Below, piece by piece: positions 37,674-48,715 of a stretch of 64,000 nt of DNA. Positions within the stretch are counted from its first letter, which is position 1. Each line of letters starts with the position of its first letter. Below the pieces are notes generated by a model. It worked only from the letters and a program-made list of their open reading frames with translations, had not been told where the DNA came from and ran no database searches. Made by a program: the position numbers and the translations under genes. The stretch is from Leucoraja ocellata (taxonomy: Eukaryota), in NCBI GenBank assembly GCA_036785375.1, contig JAWMAR010002394.1, forward strand, positions 1 to 64,000. The letters run 5' to 3'.

Positions 37674-37959
37674 GAAAATGACACATCGAAAAATATAATC
37701 TATGCTGACCTGAATATCAAAAAGTTGAACAGTAATCACCGTTCGGGTCAAGATGCCAGAGGGAATGGGGCTCGGGTCAAAAACCCCGGCGGGGCCGGAC
37801 CTCTGTCCGAGGCAGGTGGAAGGGAAGACCCGGTTCAGAAATCCCGCTCAGACGGACAATCCAGCATCGAACAAGCAGAAGAAGGATCGCATAAGAAATG
37901 AACAACAGGTTGTGTACGCAACCGTGAATGCTCAGCGTCCACCAGTTCCCCAACACTGA
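37674..37959 (+). CDS. Terminal cytoplasmic exon of gene B with ITIM(s); apparent +1 frameshift between motifs
   Basis: Acceptor gttacattccAG|GAA, phase 0. ENDTSKNIIYADLNIKK (ITIM 37695-37712), stop ending at 37901. The +1 frame, open 37729-37959, ends RNEQQVVYATVNAQRPPVPQH* (ITIM 37909-37926). Confidence 0.82.
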
Positions 37960-38743
37960 ACATTGGGAATGAGAGGACAATACTAGGCGGCGGCGTTCTC
38001 TTAGATTAGTTCAGTAACGCGGAAACAGGCCCTTCGGCCACCCGAGTCCGCGCCGACCAGCGCTACTAGCCCTATCCTACACACATAAGGGACAATTTAC
38101 AATTTTTGCCGAAGCCAAATTAAACCACGAGCCCGAACGTCTTTGGAGTGTGGGAGGAAACCGGAGCGCCCGGGGAAAACCCACGCGGGTCACGCGGAGA
38201 ACCTAAAAACTCCGTACAGACCGCACCCGTAGTCAGGATGGAACCCGCTAGCCTTGTTCCATGTACCAGCCAATTAAATATAACATTTCCAAGTTTGCGG
38301 ATGACACAAAGCTGGGTGGCAGTGTGAACTGTGGAACAGGATGCTATGAGGCTGCAGGGTGACTTGGGTAGGTTGGGTGAGTGGGTAATGCATGGCAGAT
38401 GCAGTAAAATGTCGGTTATAAATGTAGCATTGATGCCGTATAAAGGGCCGAATGGCCTACTCCTGCACCTATATTCTATGTTGCTATGTTTTATAATTAA
38501 TTCCAACAGCTTTGGAGCAGTCTAATAGTTATTTCTGGAAGACTTTCATTTTAATAAGACACGAGCGCCATTGCATTCGATGAAATTTACTAACAAATGA
38601 CCATTCGTGTAAATCTCGATGGATATATTACCTATGCTACTTGTGTGAGGGATTTTGAAGGACAGAGAGATATTATGACATAAGTATGGTTGTTATACAC
38701 AAACCAATTCAGTGCTGCCTGTGGTTTAAACATTCGATATTTC

Positions 38744-38749
38744 AATAAA
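38744..38749 (+). promoter_or_regulatory. Candidate polyadenylation signal of gene B
   Basis: AATAAA in non-repeat AT-rich sequence ~800 bp after the stop. Confidence 0.4.
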
Positions 38750-39003
38750 GTTTTGGAATGATATCACACCGAGTATTTAATATCGACGTCTGATTTCCTT
38801 CCGCCTTTACGCCAATTGACTCCAACATTCTCCCCGTGACCGCGTGAGTTTCTCCGAGATCTTCTGTTTCCCTCCCATACTCCACGGATGTACAGGTATG
38901 TAGGTTAATTGGCTTGTAGTATGTGTGAATTGTCCCTGGTGTGTGTGTGTGGTCATATTGAATGTCGGTGCTGGCCTCGAAGGGCGAATGGCCTACTCCT
39001 GCC

Positions 39004-42000
39004 TAAAGATCCTAGAGGAGCAAGATAGACCACTCCTCGAAAAACGCGTAGTATGACGTGTGTGATCGTGGACGCCATTTTTCGAGGCATTTATTGGGTT
39101 CCCCACACTGTCATGGCGTCCTTATCTAAATTTCATCTCACTGCTCTGCTATCAAGTATTCTAATCGTAAATCTAAACCACCCGACCTGTCATTTTTAGG
39201 TTCCCCAATAAAAAAGAAAGGTGAGAAAATATTTTTATTATTTTCAGTCGATATTCTGTCGTGAAAATGTTATTTTCTGTTCTCCCATCAACGGCCATTG
39301 GGAAAATGGGTTTGTCGGTACATTAGAAAGTTATTAGACTTATTTTTATAGTTCTTTACTCACCACAATAATAAAGACAATTTTAACACTTCTGTACGTT
39401 TTTGGTTTTGTTCTTGTAAGGGATTGGTCTCCACAATATGGCCCGCGGACACATCAGCTCCAGTGACCAGGAGATTTTTCGAGCTCAGATTCAAGTGCGA
39501 GAATGGGCGGCTGTTACCCATTATATTCCTCGAACATAGGGACATAGCAAACAACACTCACATACATACAAGACATCACAAGCAAAGATCACAAGCGCGC
39601 CGTGAAGAAGGGTGCAATCAAATATTATATAACTCTGCTCTATCATCTTTGGGTGCAATGGTGGGTCGGGGGGTTCGGTGGCGGCGGCCGCAATCAAGAT
39701 ACTAGTGGAGCTCTGCTCTATAATCTTTGGTCGGAATGGGACGGCTGCGCGTTATAATGTGCTATCGTTCCACTCTCCCTCTCCCCCTTCTCCCTCTCCC
39801 CTTCTCCTCCCCCCTTCTCCTGTCCCCCCCCCCTTTCCCCTTCTCCCTCCCCTTCTCCCTCTCCCCTTCTCCCTCTCCCCCTTCTCCCTCTCCCCCTTCT
39901 CCCTCTCTTCTCTCGANNNNNNNNNNNNNNNNNNNNNNNNNNNNNNNNNNNNNNNNNNNNNNNNNNNNNNNNNNNNNNNNNNNNNNNNNNNNNNNNNNNN
40001 NNNNNNNNNNNNNNNNNNNNNNNNNNNNNNNNNNNNNNNNNNNNNNNNNNCCTCTTCGTGAGAGGTGGCAGCTCTGCTATGCCTTGGGTCCAAAAGAGGA
40101 TAGATAGAAAATACTTAATGGGCTTTGTAAGAAGATTTTAATAAGCTCTTCTACATTTAAGGTAAATTGACATATAGATGGCAAAACGCATTTTCAATAT
40201 ACAGGTCTCCACACAACTGAAAACAATTGCATTAAGTGATATATCATCCATTGTCCAGGCAAGTAGCACTAGTTACAATAAACTTCCTACATATTCCAGG
40301 AATTCTTATCATAAAAATGGGAGAGGCTTAAATGCATTGTAAAATCATAAATCCATGTTGACTTGGACTAATCCTTTTACAGCTATCCAAATGCCCCATT
40401 ATTACATCTTGAATAATTGACTCCAGCATCTTTCACACCACCAAAGTCAGGCTAACTGGTCTGTAATTCCCCAATTTCTCTCTCGCTCCTTTCTTGAAAA
40501 GTGGGATAGCATTAGCTATCCTCCAATCTCACAGGAACTGGTCGTAAATCTATTGATCGTTGGAAAATAATAGAAACATAGAAACAAGAAATTGGGTGCA
40601 GGAGTAGGCCATTCGGCCCTTCGAGCCTACACCGCCATTCAATATGATCATGGCTGATCATCCAACTCAGTATCCCGTACCTGCCTTCTCTCCATACCCC
40701 TGATCCCCTTAGCCACAAGGGCCACATCTAAACTCACTCTTAAATATAGCCAATGAACTGGCCTCGACTACCCTCTGCGGCAGAGAGTTCCAGAGATTCA
40801 CCACTCTCTGTGTGAAAAAGGTTCTTCTCATCTCGGTTTTAAAGGATTTCCCCCTTATCCTTAAGCTGTGACCCCTTGTCCTGGACTTCCCCAACATCGG
40901 GAGAAATCTTCCTGCATCTAGTCTGTCCAACCCCTTAAGAATTTTGTAAGTTTCTATAAGATCCCCTCTCAATCTCCTAAATTCTGGAGAGTATAAACCA
41001 AGTGTATCCAGTCTTTCTTCATAAGACAGTCCTGACATCCCAGGAATCAGTCTGGTGAACCTCCTCTGCACCCCTCTATGGCAATAATGTCCTTCCTCAG
41101 ATTTGGAGGACCAAAACTGTACGCAATACTCCAGGTGTGGTCTCACCAAGACCCTGTACAACTGCAGTAGAAACTCTCTGCTCCTATACTCAAGTCCTTT
41201 CGCTATGAAAGCTAACATACCATTCGCTTTCTTCACTGCCTGCTGCACCTGCACGCCTACTTTCAATGACTGGTGTACAATGACATAGAAAAAAAAACAT
41301 AGAAACATAGAAAGTAGGTGCGAGAGTAGACCACCAGGTCCGTCGAGCCCGCACCGCCATTCGCTCATGGCTGAACACTAAACAGACACACTTACCCACA
41401 AACAGTAGACACAAGACACAGAACACAAGACACTACCCTCCCCTTTATACCGCTATCACCCCTCTCCACCCAAGAACCTCGTGATCTCCTGGGGGAGGCA
41501 AAAAACCGGATAAAAACCCAGGTCCAATTCGGGAAAAAAATCCGGGAAATTCCTCTCCGACCCCAATCCAGGCGATCGACACTTGTCCAGGAGATCACTC
41601 AGGTCTTACTATACTAACCATACCTAGGTCCATTATCCCTGCCCTCTCCCCCGTAGCCCCTTATCCCCTTGGCAGCTAAAAAACCATCTATTTTAGTCTT
41701 AAATATATTTAAAGTTTCTGCTTCCACTGCTCCCTGGGGCAGTGAATTCCATAAATTAACCACCCTCTGGGTGAAGAAGTTCTTCCTCATCTCAGTTTTA
41801 AAAGAGCCCCCTCTTATTCTGCAACTATGTCCCTAGTTCTAGTTTCCCCGATCATTGGGAACATCCTCGGTGCATCCACCCGATCAAGGCCCCTCACGAT
41901 CTTATATGTTTCAATGAGGTCGCCTCTCATTCTTCTAAACTCCAAAGAGTAGAGTTCCAGCCTACTTAACCTTTCCTCATATGTCAATCCCCTCATTGCA

Positions 42001-43270
42001 GGAATTAATCTGTAAACCTTCGCTGCACTGCCTCCAGGGCTAGTACATCCTTTCTTAAGTATGGACCCCAGAACTGTACATAGTATTCCAAATGTGGTCT
42101 CACTAAATGACACCCAGGTCTCGCTGCATCTCCCCTTTTCCTAGTCGGCCGCCATTTAGATAATAGTCTGCTTTCCTGTTTTTGCCACCAAAATGGATAA
42201 CCTCACATTTATCCACATTATACTGCATCTGCCAAACATTTGCCACTCACCCAGCCTATCCAAGTCACCTTGCAGTCTCCTATGCATCCTCCTCACAGCT
42301 AACACTGCCCCCCAGCTTAGTGTCATCCGCAAACTTGGAGATATTGCCTTCAATTCCCTCATCCAGATCATTAATATATATTGTAAATAGCTGGGGTCCC
42401 AGCACTGAGCCTTGCGGTACCCCACTAGTCACTGCCTGCCTAATGAAGAACTCAACCATATATGGTCACTCTAGCCAAGGGGGCACGTACAACAAGATTG
42501 CTAACTAACCCTTCCTCATTACTCAATACCCAGTCTAAAATAGCCTGCTCTCTCGTTGGTTCCTCTACATGTGAATCATATGTATAAATATATATGCATG
42601 TATGTGTATATATATATGTATATGTGTGTATATATGTATGTATATATATGTTTATATGTGTGTATGTATGCATATAAATGTATCCATATGNNNNNNNNNN
42701 NNNNNNNNNNNNNNNNNNNNNNNNNNNNNNNNNNNNNNNNNNNNNNNNNNNNNNNNNNNNNNNNNNNNNNNNNNNNNNNNNNNNNNNNNNNNNNNNNNNN
42801 NNNNNNNNNNNNNNNNNNNNNNNNNNNNNNNNNNNNNNNNNCCTTTATGGTTTATGTATATCATCTTACAAGACAAATAAATTAATAGTGATTATTTAAA
42901 TCAAATTTGCTTCTGATCCATGAGAATCAACTTAACTATCTCTAACTTGCCTCTCACACACAGACACACATTCATATAAATATATATAATATGTATACGT
43001 AAATTAATTTTGTACAGTGTGTGTTAAAGCAATACAATGCAAGGGAAACTACGCAAAGGAGGGGCTGTTCCCGCTACAGATACTCGAGGATCTTTGCTTT
43101 GGATCAAAGATTATAGCGGAGCTCTAAAATCTTTGCTTTGGATCACAGCGGGTGGCATACCGGAAGTCGCGTGGCGCATTGAAAATGGCGGCCGTGACGT
43201 TCCGTCACGTACTACACGCCAGTCCATTGGATTCGAAGGAGTGGTCTATCTTGCTCCTCTAGGATCTTTG
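39004..43270. mobile_element. Non-autonomous TIR DNA transposon with 8-bp TSD (hAT or P superfamily), carrying nested CR1s
   Basis: TIR (T/C)AAAGATCCTAGAGGAGCAAGATAGACCACTCC at both ends. TSD CTCCTGCC at 38996-39003 and 43271-43278. Splits a CR1 3' tail. Confidence 0.8.
40570..42570 (-). mobile_element. CR1 fragment with a second CR1 subfamily nested at ~41286-42105
   Basis: RT ORFs 40709-41368, 41814-42113, 42156-42425; TSD AATGACA at 41279-41285 and 42106-42112. Confidence 0.8.
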
Positions 43271-43544
43271 CTCCTGCCCTATTTTTCTACGTGTCTATGT
43301 TTTTCTATGTGTAGGATGGGATGGTGTTAATGTGTGCGGGTATCGCTGGTCGGCATATGTGGGTCAAAGGCATTTTTCCGCGCTGTATCTCTAAACTAAA
43401 CAAAACTAAACTAAACTAAACTAAACGAAACTAAACTAAACTAAACTGAATTAAACTAAACTAAACTAAACGAAACTAAACTAAACTAAACACAAGACGT
43501 GATTAATTTACTACTTAGTCAGCGTTGAAGGTAAATTAAGATTT

Positions 43545-43807
43545 AGTTTAGAGACACAGCGCGGAAACAGGCCCTTCGGCCCACCGGGTCCGCGCCGACC
43601 AGCGATCCCCGCACACTAACACTATCCTACACCCACTAGGGACAATTTTCACATTTACCCCAAGCCAATTTATCAATAAACCTGCACGCCTTTGGAGTGT
43701 GGGAGGAAACCGAATTTCTCGGAGAAAATCAACGCAGGTCACGGGGAGAAGGGGCAAACCTCCGTACAGACAGCACCCCGTAGTCGGGATCGAACCCGGG
43801 TCTCTGG
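43545..43807 (-). mobile_element. V-SINE copy (5' end in gap)
   Basis: Reverse complement has GGTTCGATCCCGACTACGG, the V-domain core and an actaa tail. Other copies near 29510-29725, 33640-33780, 38005-38250. Confidence 0.75.
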
Positions 43808-45342
43808 NNNNNNNNNNNNNNNNNNNNNNNNNNNNNNNNNNNNNNNNNNNNNNNNNNNNNNNNNNNNNNNNNNNNNNNNNNNNNNNNNNNNNNNNNNNNN
43901 NNNNNNNNNNNNNNNNNNNNNNNNNNNNNNNNNNNNNNNNNNNNNNNNNNNNNNNNNNNNNNNNNNNNNNNNNNNNNNNNNNNNNNNNNNNNNNNNNNNN
44001 NNNNNNNGTGGTTGTTCAGGATAATAGATCGTCTGATCACAGCTGGACAAGCGTGTGGCATCATGTTTCAGCAGTGTGTCTCAGTCTTTGATCGCTTGAT
44101 CTAACAGAGACGGAGCCATGATGTTGATGAATGAAGATATATTGGCAACATAATCCAGTGTGATGGGATTATCACCCTCGTCAGTAAACTGTGGTCTGAG
44201 CGGCTAATACCAGCATTGGGTTGCCAAGTGAAAGACTCCATATGTTGAGTCCACGTGATGGGGTGATGTGTGGCCCTCAACCAAACCACCTGGTCACAAC
44301 ATTCCTACATTGACAGAAACACCACTCTGGTCAACTCAAACATAGCCCCTCATTGAATGATCCAGCATGGAAACAGGCCCTTCGGCCCAACTAGCCCAAA
44401 ACGGCCAACATGCCCCATCTACACTTCATCTAAATATAGAATGCTGGAGTGACTCAGCGGGTCAGGCAGCATCTGTGGAGAACATGGATAGGTGACGTTT
44501 CACAGAGTGCTGGAGTAACTCAGCGGGTCAGCAGCATCTGTGGAGAACATGGATAGGTGACGTTTCACAGAGTGCTGGAGTAACTCAGCGGGTCAGGCAG
44601 CATCTGTGGAGCTAAGGAAATAGGCAACGTTTCGGGTCGAAACCCTTCCGGGTTTCGGCCCGAAACGTTGCCTATTTCCTGAAGGGTTTTGGCCCGAAAC
44701 GTTGCTATTTCCTTCGCTCCATAGATGCTGCTGCACCATAACTCAGCAGGTCAGGCAACATCTGTGGAGAACATGGATAGGTGACGTTTCACAGAGTGCT
44801 GGAGTAACTCAGCGGGTCAGGCAGCATCTGCTGGAGAGAATGGATGGTGACGTTTCGGGTGGAGACCCATTCATCATCTTGAGCATCTTCTGCTTTGATC
44901 TGTCTTTTTCACACCTCGCGTGCTCTTTGTACCCTTCCATATCTCTAGTCTTCCTCTCCCCAGACTCTCAGTCTGCGGAGAGGAAGTTGAAGCGCCCAAC
45001 TCCAGTACCAAGTCTGTTGAGCTTCACCCACGCTCCTCTGGGGAGGTCAGACCATGGACAGGTTTGATCTGGTGAACAGATGGAGCTGTGTAATGGAGAT
45101 CAGGTTGCCTTCCACTCCTGTGACCACTTGGTGGCTATCCAGTATGCTTTTGTCTCCGTTGGCTGGATGGATGCTAGGAGTTGTTTAGGGATGTTAATTG
45201 CCTGTCAGGACGCGCGTCCTTGGGTTGAGAGAGGAAGCAAGAACGCCCAGGGGAAACGCAGGCAATATAATGGAGAACGTGCAAACTCCACACAGACAGA
45301 CAGCACCCGGGGCCAGCGCCGAGACTATAATATGTTTTCAAG

Positions 45343-45440
45343 TTGATGAATCGATCATACAATCACCGAATCAGATCATAGTTACTGAAGGCGGGACTGT
45401 GCCGCTAAACTGTGCATTTGTTAGCAACACAGTCAGTTAA
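45343..45440 (+). pseudogene. Truncated V-exon fragment, copy 2
   Basis: DESIIQSPNQIIVTEGGTVPLNCAFVSNTVS*, then the same CR1 junction as at ~2603. Confidence 0.85.
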
Positions 45441-46236
45441 ATTGGGCACTGAGATGAGGAAAGGCTTTTTCACCCAGAGAGTTGTGAATCTATGAAATTC
45501 TCAGCGTCAGAGGGCGGTGGAGGCAGGTTCTCTGGATGCTTTCAAGAGAGAATTAGATAGAACTCTTAAAGATAGCGGAGTCAATGGATATGGGGAGAAG
45601 GCAGGAACGGGGCACTGATTGTGAATGATCAACCATGATCACAGTGAATGGCGGTGCTGGCTTGAAGGGCCGAATGGCCGCCTCCTGCACCTATTGTCTA
45701 TTGTCTATTGCCCACACCGGCCAACAATGTCCCAGCTACACTAGTCCCACCTGCCTGCGCCTGGTCAATATCCCACAAAACCTGTCTATCCGTGTACCTG
45801 TCCCACTGCTTCTTAAACGATGGGATAGTCCCAGCCTCAAAGACCTCTGGCAGCTTCCTCCATACACCGACTATTCTTTCCATCGAAGCGCAATCCAGTT
45901 CCTCCTTAATTCACATGCACGCTCCGCTCACTCCGACTCCTCCATATATCAGGGGTAAATTACACCTGTTCATTACCTATCAGGACGCACGTCTTTGGGA
46001 TGAGAGAGGAAGCAGTAACGTCCAGGGGAAACACATGGAATAACACGGAGAACGTGCAAACTCCACACCGGCATTCAGCATTGAGGCCGGGATACTGGCC
46101 CTCAGAGGCAGCAGCTGCTTCGGCTATTCCCTCAAGCAAACAACGTTGAGATAAAAGGAACAGCAGATGCGGGGTTACAAACAAAAAGACACAAAGTGCT
46201 GGAGTAACTCAGCGGGCAAGGCAGCATCTGTGGAGA

Positions 46237-46420
46237 AGGTTACACAAAAAAGCTGGAGAAACTCAGCGGGTGCAGCAGCATTTATGGAGCGAAGGAAATA
46301 GGCAACGTTTCGGGCCGAAACCCCAGTCTGAAGAAGGGTTTCGGCCCGAAACGTTGCCTATTTCCTTCGCTCCATAGATGCTGCTGCACCCGCTGAGTTT
46401 CTCCAGCTTTTTTGTGTAAC
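46237..46420. repeat. Long inverted repeat of a Penelope terminal segment containing a hammerhead motif
   Basis: ~85-bp arms (ggttacacaaaaagctggagaaactcag...ctccagcttttttgtgtaacc) around CTGAAGAAGGGTTTCGGCCCGAAACGTT. Confidence 0.8.
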
Positions 46421-47157
46421 CTTCGATTCTCCAGCATCTGCAGTTCCTTCTTAAACTCTGTGGAGAACATGGATAGGTGACATTGTGGAATGCTGAAGAA
46501 GGGTGCCGACCTGAAATGTCGCCTATACACGGGGTTTGGAGATTGCAAACCTTCACGTGGTCCGCCCTGTTTCGACGAATGCAATCAACCTGGTGTGCAC
46601 AATCAAATAAGATCAAATAGAACAAGTTGTGCAACAACTTTGGGCAATGCACGCCATACGCAAGAAGAGGAATCCTATCCAAGTTCTCCACAGATGCTGC
46701 CTGACCCACTGAGTTACTCCAGCTCTCTGTGGGACGTCACCTATCCATGTTCTCCACAGATGCTGCCTGACCCACTGAGCTACTCCAGCACTCTGTGAAA
46801 CGTCACCTATCCATGTTCTCCACAGATGCTGCCTGACCCGCTGAGTTACTCCAGCACTCTGTGAAACGTCACCTATCCATGTTCTCCACAGATGCTGCCT
46901 GACCTGTTGACTTACTCCAACACTGTGAAACGTCACCTATCCATGTTATCCACAGATGCTGCCTGACCTGCTGAGTTACTCCAGCACTTTGAATTCTATG
47001 CAAGATTCCCACATCTGTTGTTACTGTTCAGGCAACTGAAATGTGCGAATTGGTCTACGTTTACAATGACAGTGGGAACATCTCGGTGTATAAGAATGGA
47101 AGGAGACAGAAAGAACCTGGGAAAGTAATTGGTGAACTTGATGTTTTATTCCTTCAG

Positions 47158-47315
47158 GTCGGATCCCTGTAGAAAGCCCTGCATGGGGATTACGTTGGCA
47201 GCTGGTGGTAATGGGAGTGAAACTTGCAACGTTCATTGTGATCAACGTTATAATAGTTTTCATCATCCGCTCATGGGAGTCTTGTGGATTTGCCAGCCCG
47301 ACAAAAGAAGCCTAA
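47158..47315 (+). CDS. Third copy of TM-Lys exon
   Basis: Acceptor tattccttcAG 47156-47157; RIPVESPAWGLRWQLVVMGVKLATFIVINVIIVFIIRSWESCGFASPTKEA*; donor GTAAGA at 47331. Confidence 0.7.
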
Positions 47316-48529
47316 CAGGCTGGTCAAACGGTAAGAGGATTGCCAGCGCCATGTGTTAGTTGTATTAGCAGCTGAGGTCACTGGACAATGGTGCATTTTA
47401 TTGTCACCTGCGAGGTGCTACCACAGTGAAAATATTTCCTTACAATCTAAACTAAACTAAACTAAACTAAACTAAACTAAACTAAACTAAACTAAACTAA
47501 ACTAAACTAAACTAAACTAAAACAAACTTATCTAAATTTAAACAAACGAATCCAAAGCATAACAAACAAAACTAAACTAAACTAAATTAACCTAAACTAA
47601 ACAAAGAAACGAAACTAAAATGAGCTAAACTAAACAGAAATAGTCTAAACGAAACGAAACTTAACTAAACTAAGCTTAACTTAACTTAACTAAACAAAAA
47701 CAAACTTAACTAAACTTAACCAAACCGAACCAAACAACATTAAACGAATCTAAACTAAACTTAAATTAACAACTAAACGAATCTTCAATACATTCAGTTC
47801 CATTGAAATCCCGCACTCCCTTGGTCACGCTCTCATTACACTCCTACCATCAAGTAGAATAAATCTGAGTCTGAAAACCGTGACCACAAGGTTCAAGAAC
47901 AGTTTCTTCCCTGCAACTATCAGGCTCTTGAACACCACAGAAGACTAGGCTCAACTATGAACATGAATGGACTTCCTTGTGTTGCACCAAGGATCTTGTA
48001 TTTTCGTGTTTGCACCAGATACACATTTATTGTTGATTTTGTTTATTATATTTTGTCTAAGTGTGTTGTATGTACAGCCCTGTTACGCTGCTGCCAGTAA
48101 GAATTCCATTGTACAGTTGTCGGTACAACAAACTTAGATAAAATATAATCAACAAAACCAACAACAAATTTGTAACTAGTGCAAACCCTCTTGAATCTTG
48201 TAACGTAGACTTACTGCAACATAACAAAGGCGACCTGGCAGGGAAAACTAGACCGAACCTGGCCAGAAATAAGGAGCTCATCCAGGACTTGGATGGTACA
48301 TGGATAGGTGGGTTTAGTGTAGCTGAGACATGTTGGCCGGTGTGGGGAGTGTGGGCCATAAGATCCTGTTTCCACGCTGTATCACTCTATGACTCTATGA
48401 CTAGGAGCTATGTGGACACATACTTGACAAGAACTTTAATAACAATAATATAGTCAATTGTGTTCAATGCTATTAATGTTTTTGTGCCTGTACATGTGGT
48501 ATAATAATATATCTATTTTATTTTCACAG

Positions 48530-48715
48530 ACCATAAGTGTTGAACTCCCTACATATTTGAATCAACTCATCCAACAGATCAAACCATGAAAAGCAAACTC
48601 ATTACTGAATCAACATTAGCTCAGTCAGCTGTGCTGATACTGTTGTGGGCCATTTGGGATAATGTAATTTGTGAAATCTTACACTCATTAAAACTCCACA
48701 TTGCCTTCTTGTTTC
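48530..48715 (+). other. Copy 3 of putative 3'UTR exon
   Basis: AG 48528-48529; ATTAAA 48687-48692. Confidence 0.45.

Noticed and set aside
37816-37908. Small intron that could join the two ITIMs
   Set aside because: GCAG|GT to the AG at 37908 gives the wrong frame and has no polypyrimidine tract.
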